Counted from the first letter of the stretch, positions 26,641 to 40,115 are shown. The stretch is 64,000 bases of DNA from Camelus dromedarius (GCF_036321535.1 NC_087437.1:25546001-25610000); one strand, 5' to 3'. The notes: generated by a model from the sequence alone, not told the origin. A program made the numbers and translations.

Positions 26641-28261
26641 AAACCAAGACCTCAGACACTATGACCATATTTCTTCCACTGCCCCCACAATATTCTTCCT
26701 TGGATCCCGAGTTTGATCCCAGTAGCCAAATCCTTAGTACTTCCTTAATACTGAAACTCCCAGGTGAATAATTCCTTTGAGGGGTTTAGCAGCTAAAGAC
26801 AACAGAGTTCCTGAAGGCCTCCACGTGGGCCCCTTCCCATCTCACTTTGACTGCCCCCTGGCCTGTCTCTGGCTCATGGAGGAGACGGCACCATCTTCCA
26901 GGGACTGACACTCCACTCTAGCATAAAGGCTTCTCAGTCAAGTAGCTGCTAGCAGTCCTTCTGAGTTATAAGAAAGTTTACATTATCAGACCATCATTTT
27001 CCATCTCAATTTTCTATCTCACCTTGAAAACTCTATCGTTTGAAGAAGCATGAAATTTGTTTTCTTCGCCCAAAATAAAATCAAAATAGAAGTTCATACT
27101 TGTATAGTTCCCCACACTTCCCAGCCAAGGCACTACATATGAAATCATGAACTGTATTCCTCCAGCACTTAAACAAAATGTAAATGTTGTCCTTTTATGG
27201 AATTCAAAATATGCTCATGAGAATTAAACTATTTTTCCACCCAAGCTAAAAAAAATCACCTTACTTGTCTGGGAAGTTTTATTAGGGCTAGAATCCCAAG
27301 AAATGTATATGCGAGCCAAGTGTTACTGTTCATCAGAAACGCTCCATATTCATCCAGTATTAATCCGGTGTAACTCTGTCAGTCAATGTATCCACCTAAC
27401 CAATAGCAGACATATTCCCTTTATGGACTTTTTTTGTGCATGTGTTCCTAAACCTGCAGTAAGTTAATTTAGAAAATATATTAGTACCAAAAACACAAAT
27501 GTAACCTTGCAACACAAATGTGTAGATAATTTCATGCTTGGAGCATCATAGCTCATTTTTAAAAAACTTTACTTGACAATGAAGCTTTCAAAAATATTTT
27601 TCAGCACTAGTTAGTAAAGATATTTTAAAGTTTAACCTTAATACCAGTTATATAACCAGGGCCACTGGGTCATTGTAGCTCTATGAAGTAGCATCAGGCC
27701 CTTTCACTACTGATCATCTTTTGGGCACTAGGTGATTTTTTTTGAATAAATGTTAAAATAATATGCAAGAAGACCCAAATATCACATGTGGTGTGTTGTA
27801 TTCACCCACATGGAGGCATCACTTTAGTGAAGTGCAGCAACAGCTCTAAACGACCTAACAGTATCTGAAACAGAACAGAAAAAGGAAAGCCAAGTGGCTG
27901 GCAAGATCAGTGAAGCAGGGAGGTGCAGTCCCGGCTGCCGTCCTGAGCTGGGTCTCAGACTCTACGCCAGGCCAGGGCAGTGCACACCCAGACGGCGCAG
28001 CCCGACTCTACGAGAGCAGAGGTGGATAATAACTTCATCCCATCACTTCTCTTTGTTTTCCCACTACCTGCAACTCCTCAGTCATGGATTACTGTTGAAT
28101 GTGGAATTTAATCTGGGAATGTCTAACAGAGGTACACTTCAAATATTTAGTGCAGTATAAACACACTGGAGTGGGGGTCTGTGGCATCTTGCTGGGGCTT
28201 GAAGTCTGTTTTCTTAATTGTAAAATTAGGTGGTTAGCCTGGATCCTAAGTTGTAAATTAG

Positions 28262-28565
28262 CAGCCCTTAGAGCACATTTGGTCTGAAGAAGGGTTCTGT
28301 TTATTTCCACACAATGTTGCTTTTTTTTTTTTTTACTTGCATTAGTTGAAAACATTTCAAAATAAGATATTTCACATAAAATTTGAAATTTCCAACTTAT
28401 CTTTAAAAATCAGCCTGTATCTCCCTCATCACAGTTGACACAATTAAGGTTCCCATCCCTGCCTCCTCTGAGAAAGGGAAAGGGTCCTCCATTCACCAGC
28501 ATGCCTGCTTCACCCGCCTCTGTTACTCTCAGCCCCTGTATAGTATTTAAATATGTGAACCCTGC
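28262..28565. mobile_element. Ancient hAT-type MER remnant (family uncertain)
   Basis: atttcacataaaatttgaaatttccaacttatctttaaaaatcag resembles Charlie-derived MER elements as recalled. Confidence 0.4.
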
Positions 28566-29757
28566 AGCGTGTAATTTCTAAGGACCATTCCAGCAATAAA
28601 ATGTTAAGAATCTCTGACTCAAGTTGTTTCAATAAAAGCGAAAGACTATAGAGAATAATAGTTCAACTACATGTAAGTTAAAATAGACTTTGCTTTTGGG
28701 TAAGCTGACAACCAAGACCCCATTTAGAATATAGTAATTGTGTATGTTTATAGGGACAAAGGGCATGCATATATATACTCCTGTATTTCTCTCAAGAAGA
28801 AAAGCAATAAATATGACCCATAAATTTCCTTCTATAGCAGAAATTTCTGTGACTTCCTGATCCACATTGAGATAAAGCTACTCTCCAAATCTAAATCGAA
28901 AGTCCATAGTTGCAGAATGACTTTTTATATAAAAGAACATCTTAATTTGTTGGTATAACAGGCATGTAACTTATCTAGAGAATGGCTTTAAGCTGATCAT
29001 TGACAGGTATGTAACTATGCCTACTGAAACAAACTGATTTCTAAACATATTTTCTCTGGATTAGAACCTCCTCATTTCAAGATATCCAAAATTATTAGCA
29101 TATTATGTTATTCTCACAAAATTCTAATGAACTTCACAAATCTGCCTGCTCTGAGTACAAAAATATTTAGCCTAATTTGTTTTTCCATTGTTTTATATAG
29201 TAATAAAGTAATACCAAAAACATTATTACCAGAAACAACACAGTGTTATATAATTATTAGAAAGTGAATCTCATGAAATCATATTAAAGAACAACAATTA
29301 CCACATGTTAAGTCAGATAATTCAAGGAAGAGACTTATATGAATACTAGGGGAGCTGCTGGCAAAGAGTTTTTTTCTCTGAACCCTGCATTTTGAAGGAA
29401 AATTTTGCCATTTAATTAGTTTAGGTATGATTCACCAACCAAAGGTCTATAGTGTGATATTTTCCCCCTCCAGCTTAATCTTAAAATCGTCTGCACTTTA
29501 GATGTTCATACTTTCCACTTCTCTTAAAAAAATGAATACTTCCTGGATACTTTACATTGCTTTATGGTATTAATAACGAGTTGTATCACGATACTGCATT
29601 ATACTGACAGAGCTCTAACGTCATTCCAGTCTGTTTCTTGGCCATGTGTAATAATGTGACAAGTTATACGTATAAACAAGGTATAATTTTAAGGGATAAT
29701 TTACTTAGTATTTGGTGGGGATATATGAATATATATTGAGAATATATAAAATGATAG

Positions 29758-29990
29758 TAATAATAGATAACATTTATTGAGTGTTTAATATGTAGCAATC
29801 TTTCTTCCTCGATGTTTTATTTAACCCTCACATGAACAGTAAGTTTTTTTCCTGTTTTAAAAGACAAGGAGACTAAGGCTCAAAGAGGATGAGTAAATTA
29901 GCCAGGTACAAGATTAGTCAGAGGTGGACCCAGGATCTTAACTGACCTTTGTGGCTGCAAAGCTTCTGGTTTGTTTCCCATGATGCCTGC
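29758..29990 (-). mobile_element. MIR SINE
   Basis: aacatttattgagtgtttaatatgt...gactaaggctcaaagagg...cccaggatcttaac. Confidence 0.7.
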
Positions 29991-30532
29991 CAGCCACCAG
30001 ACTCCACTAACATTAATTAATGTTCCCTTTTAAGATTCTAAGTGCTGAATATGTATCTCTTGATACATAGATTAGCTTTTCACTTCAGCCATACATTAAA
30101 CTTGTTTTTATGGTATATAGTCTATTCATACTGAATGAGTATAATATTCTATCTTTGAGGAAATTATTTTAAACATCAAATCTTACAAATTCTTACAAGG
30201 GCTAGGTAGAGGCTTTATAATCTCATTCCCATTTGTCAGATCGAAGTCCAGAGGAGGTTTAATGATTTGCCTAAGATCTCAGTTTCAAGAGAGGCAAGGA
30301 AAAAGCCACTAAGTCCTCCACACCCTAGTTCCAGACTAGTGTTTGTTCTTTTTTTTCCCCTGCTAAATCCTGCAATCAACTGATTTCTACTCTTCAACTT
30401 CTGAAATTATGTTGCTTTCTTACTCACTCCTATTGGTTTTACATATTGAGATTCGGCGTCAGTATTCACCATATCTTTTCACTCCTAATTCTGAGTGTTT
30501 CCATCTGATTGCTGATTTTTGTACTTTATGGG

Positions 30533-30614
30533 CTTTTTCTTTATTTCAGTTTTACCCCAATTATCCAGGAAAGGCTGCCTGCGTCTTTTGAAAGCTCTGA
30601 TGTTCTCAATGAAA
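30533..30614 (+). repeat. 82-bp direct repeat, copy 1
   Basis: 77/82 identical to 31631-31712 by manual alignment. Confidence 0.92.
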
Positions 30615-31307
30615 AGACCTTCTGAATGGCCTTGTTTGTCTCCCATGGAGTTGCATATCGCAACTTCAAATGCCCCACTAAAATATTACCCATTTGGCAT
30701 CAGTATACAGAAAAGGCTGCATTCTGTGATAAGAAGTACAGTGGTGTTTTCCTAGTGAGAGAGTAGAGTTCTTAATGGGAAAAAGGGGAAGTATAATTTC
30801 CTCAGATTTTGCTGCTTTTCAAACACAATGCTGCTTTTCTTCTAGAACTAGTCTGTAAGAAATGTTTAAGGAAAATACCACAGGAACCAATAAATAATTA
30901 AAATTTTGGTCACAGAATTCTATTAATATTGGTCCTTTAGAAGCCCTTTTTTTCCAGAAATGTTTTTCTTCAGGTACAAAAACAACTACTCATTGCCCTT
31001 ATGGATTAGAAAAGCAGCTGGGTAGAGGAGGCAAGTAACAGAGACTCAAACTAAGTCATTAAAACTCTTTGGTTGCCAAACATGGAGAGATTATCACTTG
31101 TAACTAGGTATATTTATCTCTTCTCACTTTTCTCTACTTGGTTTAATTCTCATGAGAGCCTTGATGATATTTAATGTGTTGATCCACAGAGAAAAAAAAA
31201 AGCTTAAATTAAGGTGAATGCAAAGTTGAATTTACAGTCAAATACTGTAAAAATCAGTTCAGACACCAATGACTCAGATTGACACAGCAGTTGTCTATGG
31301 CGTGATG

Positions 31308-31321
31308 CCACCAGAGGGCAG
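31308..31321 (+). promoter_or_regulatory. Candidate CTCF site
   Basis: CCACCAGAGGGCAG matches the CTCF core consensus CCASYAGRKGGCRS. AP-1 motif TGACTCA at 31270-31276. Confidence 0.55.
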
Positions 31322-31630
31322 GGTTTGACTTCTGCACCTGGTGGCTGCCTCCCTCCTACTATAAGAGCCATCAGATCCCTTCAAGAGTTTATAATGAAAC
31401 TAAGCTCAAATTCTCTCTTCCATTGTTCTTGTACAGAATCCTACAGTTCTGGAAAATGCTTAGAGAGTATCATTTTAGAATGATCTGACACAACAGCTGT
31501 TTAGTCAACTCACAATTTTAGAGCTCCTACTAGGTAAGTATTCAGCGTGACCTTGGACAATTGAAGGCTATCTGACAGAATGTTTTCTTTTGAGGGATCT
31601 ATAGTTTTCCTGGGAAGATATGAATGTAAT

Positions 31631-31712
31631 CTTTTTCTTTATTTCAGTTTTACTGCAATTATCCAGGAAAGGCTGCCTACACCTTTTGAAAGCTCTGATG
31701 TTCTCAATGAAA
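31631..31712 (+). repeat. 82-bp direct repeat, copy 2
   Basis: 77/82 identical to 30533-30614. Confidence 0.92.
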
Positions 31713-31816
31713 CAAAGGCCACAAATAAAACATAATGTACAGTTAACTTATTCCATGAAAGATAAGAACTAGATTATCAAGAATTGAAAGGGAAGAAAAA
31801 AAAACTCTGGACTAGA

Positions 31817-32045
31817 AAGGTTTCTCAATAGCAGCACTACTCACATCTTAGGCGAGATAATTCTTTGTTGTTTGGGGTCCCTGTCCTGTGCCTTGCAATA
31901 TGATCAGCAGTATCTTTGGCCCCTACCCACTCAACGCTAGTAACACCCTCTTTTCCCTCTCCCCCTGTTATGGGAACCAAAAAATGTCTCCAAACATTGC
32001 CAGATGTCCCTGAAGGGCAAAATTACCCCTGATTGAGAAGCGCTG
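31817..32045 (-). mobile_element. MER20 hAT-Charlie element
   Basis: gataattctttgttgt...aaaaatgtctccaaacattgccagatgtccc...gggcaaaattacccctgattgagaagcgctg. Confidence 0.85.
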
Positions 32046-32129
32046 AATCAGAGTATGAAGCCATGACTTTACCAAACGGGAAAAAAAAAACCTGAGCCTT
32101 GAGACTTCAGAATGTCAAAAATGTAAGGA

Positions 32130-32660
32130 CCTGCTCTCTAGGCCTCAGTTTCCTCATCTGAAGAGTGGGAATAATGGTGCCTGCCCTCATAGGCCCTGTA
32201 TTAGTTTGCTAGGACTGCCATAACTAAGTAACAACAGAAATTTCTTTTCTCACTGGAGGCTAGAAGTTCAAGATTAAGGTGGCAGCAGGGTTGGTTTCTG
32301 GTGAGACCTTTCTTCCTCACTTGAAGACAGACAGCCATCTTCTCACTGTCTTCACATGGCTTTTGCTCTGTGCAAGCACATTCCTGGTGTGTCTTCCTCT
32401 TAAGAGGACACCAATCATATTGGATTAAAGCCCCAAACTTATGACCTCATTTAACCACAATTACTTCTTTAAAGGCCCTATCTCCAAATATAGTCAAACT
32501 GGGGATTAAGGCTTCAACCTATGAATTTGGGGGCGGGGGGTGGGAGTGACACAATTCAGTTCATATCAGGGCTCTCTTACAGAGATGAAAGCCATTAGCA
32601 CAAAACTTGGGATATAGTAAGCATTCAATTAACCATAAACTATAAATGTTGTTATTGTTA
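32130..32660 (+). mobile_element. MIR split by the MLT1 LTR (pieces ~32130-32196 and ~32569-32660)
   Basis: MIR core gcctcagtttcctcatctg..ataatggtgcctgccctcatagg before the LTR, and atagtaagcattcaattaa..tgttgttatt after it. Confidence 0.7.
32197..32568 (-). mobile_element. MLT1 (ERVL-MaLR) solo LTR
   Basis: Starts tgtattagtttgctaggactgccataac and ends gacacaattcagttcatatca (TG...CA). Internal ggaggctagaagttcaagattaaggtggcagcagggttgg. Confidence 0.85.
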
Positions 32661-34384
32661 ATATTAAGCCACTATAAGTCATCCATGTGAATCAGATACC
32701 ATCAGAAACAGAGAATAGTATAAAACAATTATACATTAAATAAGTTCACTTGAATACTTGTGTGTCACTTTGTGCTAAAGTTATGCAACTGAAAAATTCA
32801 AATTGACATTTTCCCCATTGACATAGCTAATTATTTCAAAGATGTTCTGTCTTCCTTTATATGAAGGTCAAAGGCCAGTAGCTTCTGCATCCCCAGCATC
32901 TGATGAGTATTTAATGATCCAGAAATAAACTTTTAAGTGCCTCGGGGGATTTCTGTGTGTAAAGAAATTCTAGGTAAATATTTTTCTGAGAGGAGGCTTG
33001 AGAGTGATAATTCCCTTTCACCCTCTTAATTTGATTTATAAACTTCACCTATCTTACAGGAGATAAGAACAAAAATAAATTAGGAAGGAAAAAAAATAAA
33101 CAGTTTCAAACAGTCATGGTCTTTAGCTAGAACCAAGTAACTAGAGATTTTGAAATTGCAAAGGAACGCGGGTCTTCTTCTGCCAAAAAGCTTGTTTATG
33201 AAAACTAAAGAGTATTAGATATTTCTACCATACTGGCTTATCATTTGAAATTTCTGCTGGCTCAAGTGAAACTGTGCTGTCCTATTTCCAGCTGTGGGGT
33301 TTCCTCCCTCACCACAATTGCTTTCCGATTGGAGGCTTGTAACTTTGATGACCAGGACAGAGTCAGCTTAGCTAGCTGGAAGAACAAGAGGGGAGTTTTC
33401 ATATCTCATGAGGAAAGGGGAAGCACTAAAAGGGTTGTTGTTTCAGCAAGTTCGGGAAGAGTGGAGTCAACGCTGACAGTTGCTGGCTTAACAGTTTTAT
33501 TGTTGGTAATAAAAGCAGAAATCGCTTTGAAAGTGAAGGTGAGAAAAGACAGAAACTGCTACGGTGAGGTTAAAAACAACAGGAGACGGTGGTCTTGGTG
33601 GGACACAGAATGTTTGAAAATTTTCACCTTGTCCTTAAAGAGTTGCTGCTGTATGAGTAATGTGCCACTTCACAACATAGCTCTCGTATGCAGAAATGCC
33701 GTATTTCCACTTGACAAACCAAGGGATGCGTTTATTTTACTTTAGAAGAGAAACAAACAGTCCAAGACAAAGTGGTACATGACCTTATGCAGCTCTCTTG
33801 GAAAGAGTTCATTTTTCCCTCCTGCTCAGACCGCACACAAATACTGGGAATATATTTTAATTTCAAATCTGATGTGTGACATCTGGTAACTCATTTATTG
33901 CTAATGAAGTTTTCACAGGAAGCTGCAGTCACCGGTATCTCATCGTATTTTTCAGTTGGCAAAGTGTTGTTTACTTTTTATTGGCTCAGCATCGGTGCCT
34001 GTTATATCACAGGCTGATTAATTAGAAAACACAAATAGCCCCACAGAGAAAATGAATGGAGAGGCAGAATGGAGGGGTAAATAAATAATGGTAGATAGAA
34101 TGGTCTAAACTTTGTATTATAATAGATAGTATAATATCATTGTAATTTATGTTTTAAAATTATGTAGGTATTCAAGAGAATGATCAGAGCTGGCAAAACT
34201 GTCTGGTCAAGTAGTTTATCAGCAGTGCTTTCAGCCTCCCTCTCTGAGCCTTTCCACCTTTTTCCGGTACTTTAGCTTCTTCTACTTCCAGCATCACATA
34301 CAACTTCCCAAGGGAAAATTAGTCATTTACACCATAGTGTGATTTAATAACACTAACAAAAATCTCAAAGTTGCAGCATCTCAT

Positions 34385-34612
34385 AGCATCTCCACGTACA
34401 TGATCTCATTTGATGTTTGCAACAATATTGTGAGTCAGACTGCACAGATTTTTTAACTTCATCATTACCATGAATTTCACTGTCATTATTTACCAGAGGA
34501 ATAAATAAAATGAGTCATCACAGGTTAAGTAAAAGTTAACCCCATTGTGCATAAGAGGTAAACAGTATATTTGATTTAGATCTTTCAGTTCCCAGCACCA
34601 TGCTCTTCCACT
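34385..34612 (-). mobile_element. Degenerate MIR
   Basis: tgatctcatttgatgtttgcaacaat...caggttaagtaa...ccatgctcttccactac. Confidence 0.5.
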
Positions 34613-35015
34613 ACCTTAACTCTGGCTCTCACCTGAGTCAGTGTATCTCCACCCCCAGGTAGATCTTGGTTCAAGTGGGGATACAGAAGTGGGTATCATC
34701 CACCCCACCCCAGTTAAAGACATTTCAGACATCTATGAGTAGGTGAAAGGGGTATTTGACTAGATGACATCCTGTCAGGCTCCCCTTAACTATGCCAGTC
34801 CTGGAAGTTTAAAAGGAATAAACAGTGTAATGAGTAATTCTCAAGCTGCATTTAGTATTTGTCCTACTTTCTTCAGGTTTTAATGCCTCAGAAGGGCCAA
34901 ATGAAAACATTTTAGCTGATGGCACTTCTGCTATGTGCTGGATTTGGTTTTGCCTATGAATCATGATAAGCACAGAGTGCAAAAGCTAGAGTTGCAAGTT
35001 AAGATGCCAATAGGG

Positions 35016-35203
35016 CAGAGGGTTTTTAAACATTAGGGTGCATCAGAATCACCTCGAGGCTCATTAAACTATAGCTTGTTGGACCCCACTCCCAGAGTTT
35101 CTGATTTTGTACGTCTGTGTAGAGCCTAACATTTGCAGTCCAGAGGAATTCCCAGGTGATGGTAATGCTGCTATTCCAGAGACCACATTTTCAGAACCAC
35201 TGC
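35016..35203. mobile_element. MER5A hAT element
   Basis: gtgcatcagaatcacct...ccccactcccagagtttctgatt...ccaggtgatggtaatgctgct...gaccacattttcagaaccactg. Confidence 0.85.
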
Positions 35204-35237
35204 CAGAAGGGCCAGGTGGGTAACTTAAGTGGGGGAC

Positions 35238-35541
35238 ACTGCACTGTCCAGCACGGTGGCCAGCCTCTGTTGACTGAGCACTTGAAGCGTGGCTAGTTTC
35301 AACTAAGATATGCTGGAAACATTAACTAAACTCTGGATTTAGAAGACAGTGCAAAAAAATGTAAAATACCTCAATAATTTTTATACTGATTACAGGTTGA
35401 AGTGACAGTATTTTGGATACACTGGGTTAAATATATTACCAAAATTAATTTTACATGTTCCTTTTTATTTTTTAGTATGGCTACTAGAAAATTTTTAAAT
35501 TACATATGTGGCTCATGTTATATTTCTGTTGAACAACACTG
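35238..35541. mobile_element. MER33-like hAT-Charlie element
   Basis: ctgtccagcacggtggcca...gtattttggatacactgggttaaatatatt...ggctactagaaaatttttaaattacatatgtggctc. Confidence 0.8.
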
Positions 35542-38500
35542 ACCTAAAGAATCAGAAAGTAGAGAATGGTGGGGATTAGTGAACCACAGAGGATTCAAAT
35601 CCCAAAAGCTAGAAACACTTTGGGGACCAAAGAAAATATATCTTTCAGTCAGATTTAGCCTGAGGGCCCCACTTCATACCCAAATATTGTTGCTACAACA
35701 CTGCTACAATATAATTGTAGAAGCTATGCAATATCTATCATTTTACCGTTCTTTCAGCATTAATCAAGTAACTTTTTATACTTCTTGAAATAAAAGCATT
35801 GGGTTATAATAATGAAAAATATTTCTGCTGAATTTCTGAATGAAAAAAAGTCCATTAATCTGTGAAGTTCTGAGCTTTCTTTCATTAAATTTGTTTCACC
35901 TATCCTTACATTAAAGAAAGGTTATATTTTCAAAGTGCTTTCATATCTTTCAAAGACCTTACTTTTTAACTTTTAACAATCTGTGAAACAGAGGTGAAAA
36001 CAGATGTTGGTACTCCCATTCTAAATATTTTGTAATATTTAAGGGATAACAAAGTAAAACATTAAATTATCTACGTACGATTTTAGTTGTAAAACAAGCC
36101 CTTGGGCGGGGCTCATGTCCAGCGCTTTCTCAGCCAAATCCTTCTGCTGTCTCTCCATTTTTACAGCATTTGAATGTAAAAAATTAAAAGTAGCATACAA
36201 AATTGTATTCAAAAAAAAAGTTAACTCTGTGATAAAATCAAATGAACATTACCCTTACAGAAACATTTTCTTAACACAAAGTCCATTTCACTCTTCAAAC
36301 CACTGAACAATATAATATTTTGAAGTGTTATACTAAATAGTATATTACTGTGAGGTTCCTTTATAATACTCTGCCCTCACCTCTATGTTTTTATCTGGGG
36401 AACTGAACCATGTTAAGTTTTTGCTAAACTTTAAAAAGTTGTATTTTCCCTCCAAAGGATCTGAGATAGGTTTGTTTTGAGTAAGTTATTTTAACAATAA
36501 CATATTGTGCCACCTTTCTCATAGGATGACATAATCTATGGCTCCCTAAGCCACAGGGCACGCTTGTAATTTTGATTTGCAGCCATGAACCAATCTGTCT
36601 TTACCCTTTCACCTGGACTGCCAATGAATAAGACAGGTGGTGTCTGAGAGGCTCACAGTCTTTGACCATAAATGGAGTGAATACAGCTAGTCTAAATAGG
36701 GTCCAAATCTATAACCTTGACCTCATCAACCCAGAGTCACAACCAGCTATCCAAATGTTCTGCCAGGGAAATAGTTCTTTGGGGTAAATAGTTAATCTGA
36801 AAAATGGGGGGGGGACCCCACTGTTACTATAACATAATAATAAATAGAATTTCTTTATTCATCTTTAGAAAAAGGTAAAATTTTTTCCATTTTTAACAAA
36901 AAATATCCTTGTATTTAGTTATAGAATATTATTAAATCATTGTGACACTCATAATATCTGTATCAATAGATAGATAATTGGCTGATTTAATGATTTATCA
37001 GGTAATTTCTACTTGTCAAGCCATTATTGCCTTTGTCTTCTTCAAGCGATGATTCAGAAGGAAGATTATGAAATTTCAGTGTTTCAGGAGATTTCTTTAA
37101 ACATGTACCATTTCCCTGAGGGTAGAGAGTTCTAGAGAAGCTAAGTGATTGGTTCAAGATCACCTAGCAAGGCAGTGGAAAAACCAAAATTAGAACCCAA
37201 GTCTCCTTCCACATTGTGGGGGACCAACCTGTAAACTATAATTCAAAGAATATTCCTACTACAATCAGGGCATTGGGCAGTTTGGGGAAACATATACAAT
37301 ATACTGAATATTTAATCTTTCTAGTTTTAAGCTGAAACGAGCACATACAAATTATATTACAACTTCTTAAGAGTGACTTAATGAATTAATGAATGGTTAG
37401 TAATGAATTAATTAATGCTTCCTTTCCTTTCTAATAACTTTCCTCATATTCCTCAGGAATTTGAAATGAGATAAGCAGTTTCAACTGCTGATTTAAAGTC
37501 TCAAGCAAGTGTGGAATGGCTTCACATGTGAAGTCTGGGGTTCTGCTCACAAGTTGAATAAAGCAGCTTTTGTTGACTGAGGTGCTCTTCTTCATCTGAT
37601 GAAAAAGAAAAGCTTGTAAACAGTCTCCAAAAGCCATAATATTAAAAATGATGTGTCACCTCCTTGATGGCTGAGATACTGATCTTCTGAATTGTGGTTA
37701 TGATTTCTGTGGGGAAATTCTACAAGCCCATACATACATGTGAGGAAACTGGGAGAATTAAAGGACAGGGGCTCACTTACGTACAAGCTTTCCTCCAGGT
37801 TAGATGTTACTGCCCTTTTCTTCTAGTCTCTAGAGCACTCCTCTTTCTAGGCTCACTAGAAAACCTTCCATGGCCTTCTATATTTAACATAAGAAGCATA
37901 TTTTCTAACATTGGTATGTCAAAGAAAAATTATTAAGCACCTAATTAGATTTAATCACATATCTTTCATCCCTATTTTTTCTTTTTGAAATTAAAAAAAA
38001 AAAAATCACACAACAGAAACAGCCAAGAGTTTAGGACAGACAAGAGTTGGAGGAAGCATGACAGGAATGAGAGTTGTCTGGGGAGACAGGGATATCCATC
38101 ACTTAAACTATAATTTATGATAAATAGGAGCTTCTTGAGGGAAGAGAAATTTAATTACAGTTTAGTGTTGCATTATTAGATATTAAAGTACTGAATAACT
38201 TCTAAGAAGCAAATACTTAGGATTAACATTTTATTTTTCTTGAAATGTATACTCTAACTTGGAAGGAACTTCTGAATTTCCTTTCATAAAGTTGAGTTCT
38301 TTATATGCTTGGGCTATTCTGGATAAAGTAAATAGGAGGACTGGTTGAGGATGACAGAACATTTAACCACCATCACCACAGCTGGTTACACTTGATATGA
38401 GTAGAAATAAGAAAGCAGCTTGCACTGTTTTCATTTCTTGCAAGGGCAGGCCATGGTGGATGGTACTGACTTGAGAAGAGGACAAGAAACCACTACTTAC

Positions 38501-39299
38501 CACTTAGACATCTCATGCTCCTCATTAAGTTTGAGGAGATCGAATCTTAAGAACTTAATTAGTATGGCATTAATAATTTTAATAAAATATTTTTTGTATT
38601 AAAAGAAAGATTCACCTAGGAATTGCAGAGGCAAACAAAATCATTTCCAAGGAAAGTTAACATAGGGAGGTTAGGCTGGGATTGCCAACCAAGAGCATGG
38701 CATTTGTCCTCTGCATCTGACTTGAGTGTAATTCTGGTTACTTGCCTTATGATGCTCTCTGCCATGCTCCCTTCTTCATGGCTGCCAGGGGTACCAGCAG
38801 GGAGGAGACTGCGGCCCACAAAGGCCTGGATGCTTCATCATAGGGCATGATGAAGGAAAGTGGGGGCAAGAAGAGGGACAAGACTATAGTCCAAAGTTTA
38901 CTGGATCCAAGCAACTTAACTACTATCACCAAATAATGTGTAGGGCAACTTCCAGTCAAGAGAAAGACAATGGACTAAGAAATCATGGACATTACCCTTT
39001 TTCTCTAAATACATAAAACATCACATTACAGTTCTGAAGAAGAATTGAGACTACATGGGCCAGAGAAAAACCAACACCAACTGAGATAAAGTTCTAATGA
39101 CTTTATTAGGATGGAAGTCAAGACCATAAGACTCATGTACTGAAGGCAATTGAAACTGGGTTTGCTGGCTAAAACCAGGAACTAGAAAATTATTGCCCAT
39201 TGTGACCAAAGATTAAGCTAATTTCTGTAGACCAGAAAAATGTGACAATGGGTAGAGGGCCTATTCTACAGTATCTGCAACGTATGGGGTTGGAAACTA

Positions 39300-39680
39300 G
39301 GCTGAGAACTGGCATTATAAAACTTTTCCCAATCAAGTGAGTGTTGTATCCCCAAGCAGAAATTTCACCGGCCACCACCATCCAGATGCTCAGGCCTCCC
39401 AAAGAAGTTAATTCTCACTAGAGATGAACTCACAGCTAAAGATTACAAAACCTACAACGAAGACAAATGCCAAGAAAGAGTGTCTACAGATGAAACAAAC
39501 AGAATTTATACCTGAAGAACTACAAATAGTAGAGCAACTGGATAGGGGCTCTTAACATACAGATGTTCAAAACGTTTAAGGAGATAAGGGTAGAAATAGA
39601 ACCCATAAAATAAGAACAGAAGGTTAAGGAACAAGAGCAAGTGGATCTGAAAAAGAAACAAGTAGAAACCCTAAAACTTT
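39300..39680 (+). mobile_element. Highly degraded LINE-1 ORF1 region
   Basis: A-rich text aagattacaaaacc...gaactacaaatagtagagcaact...gaaaaagaaacaagtagaaaccctaaaa, typical of old L1 ORF1 starts. Confidence 0.45.
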
Positions 39681-40115
39681 TAGTGCCAACCTCTATGAGT
39701 CAATGAATTCACAAATGGATACTGAGTTGCTCCCTGTAGAATGCCTCATTCATTACTGGGCATAAACAATTGCATTCTAACGTCTAAATTATAAGATAGG
39801 AGCAATAAAGAGAAAGACTTCTGAACAGGACAGTTCATTGAGCTGTCCAGCACTACAAGCAAGTAACTTACAAACACTCGCCTACTCTTTCTGATATTTA
39901 AGAAAGATACCTTGATAGATTATCCTAAAATATAATTACTTGGTCTTTTAGTTCTCTATTATCATAGGAAGCTATGGGGTACTTTTTTTCTTTAGATTGT
40001 AAACTCATTAAAAAAAGGAGTTTGTAATGAACAATTTAATTAGATTGGTTTTGGCTTGCCTAAAAGCTTAAGAAGGTATTAATATTCTAATCAAAAGTCT
40101 TGGGGAAATATTCTT

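Noticed and set aside
33245..33745. 166-aa ORF in intron 2
   Set aside because: Non-ATG start and no recognisable protein. The region is of interest only as a possible alternative first exon.
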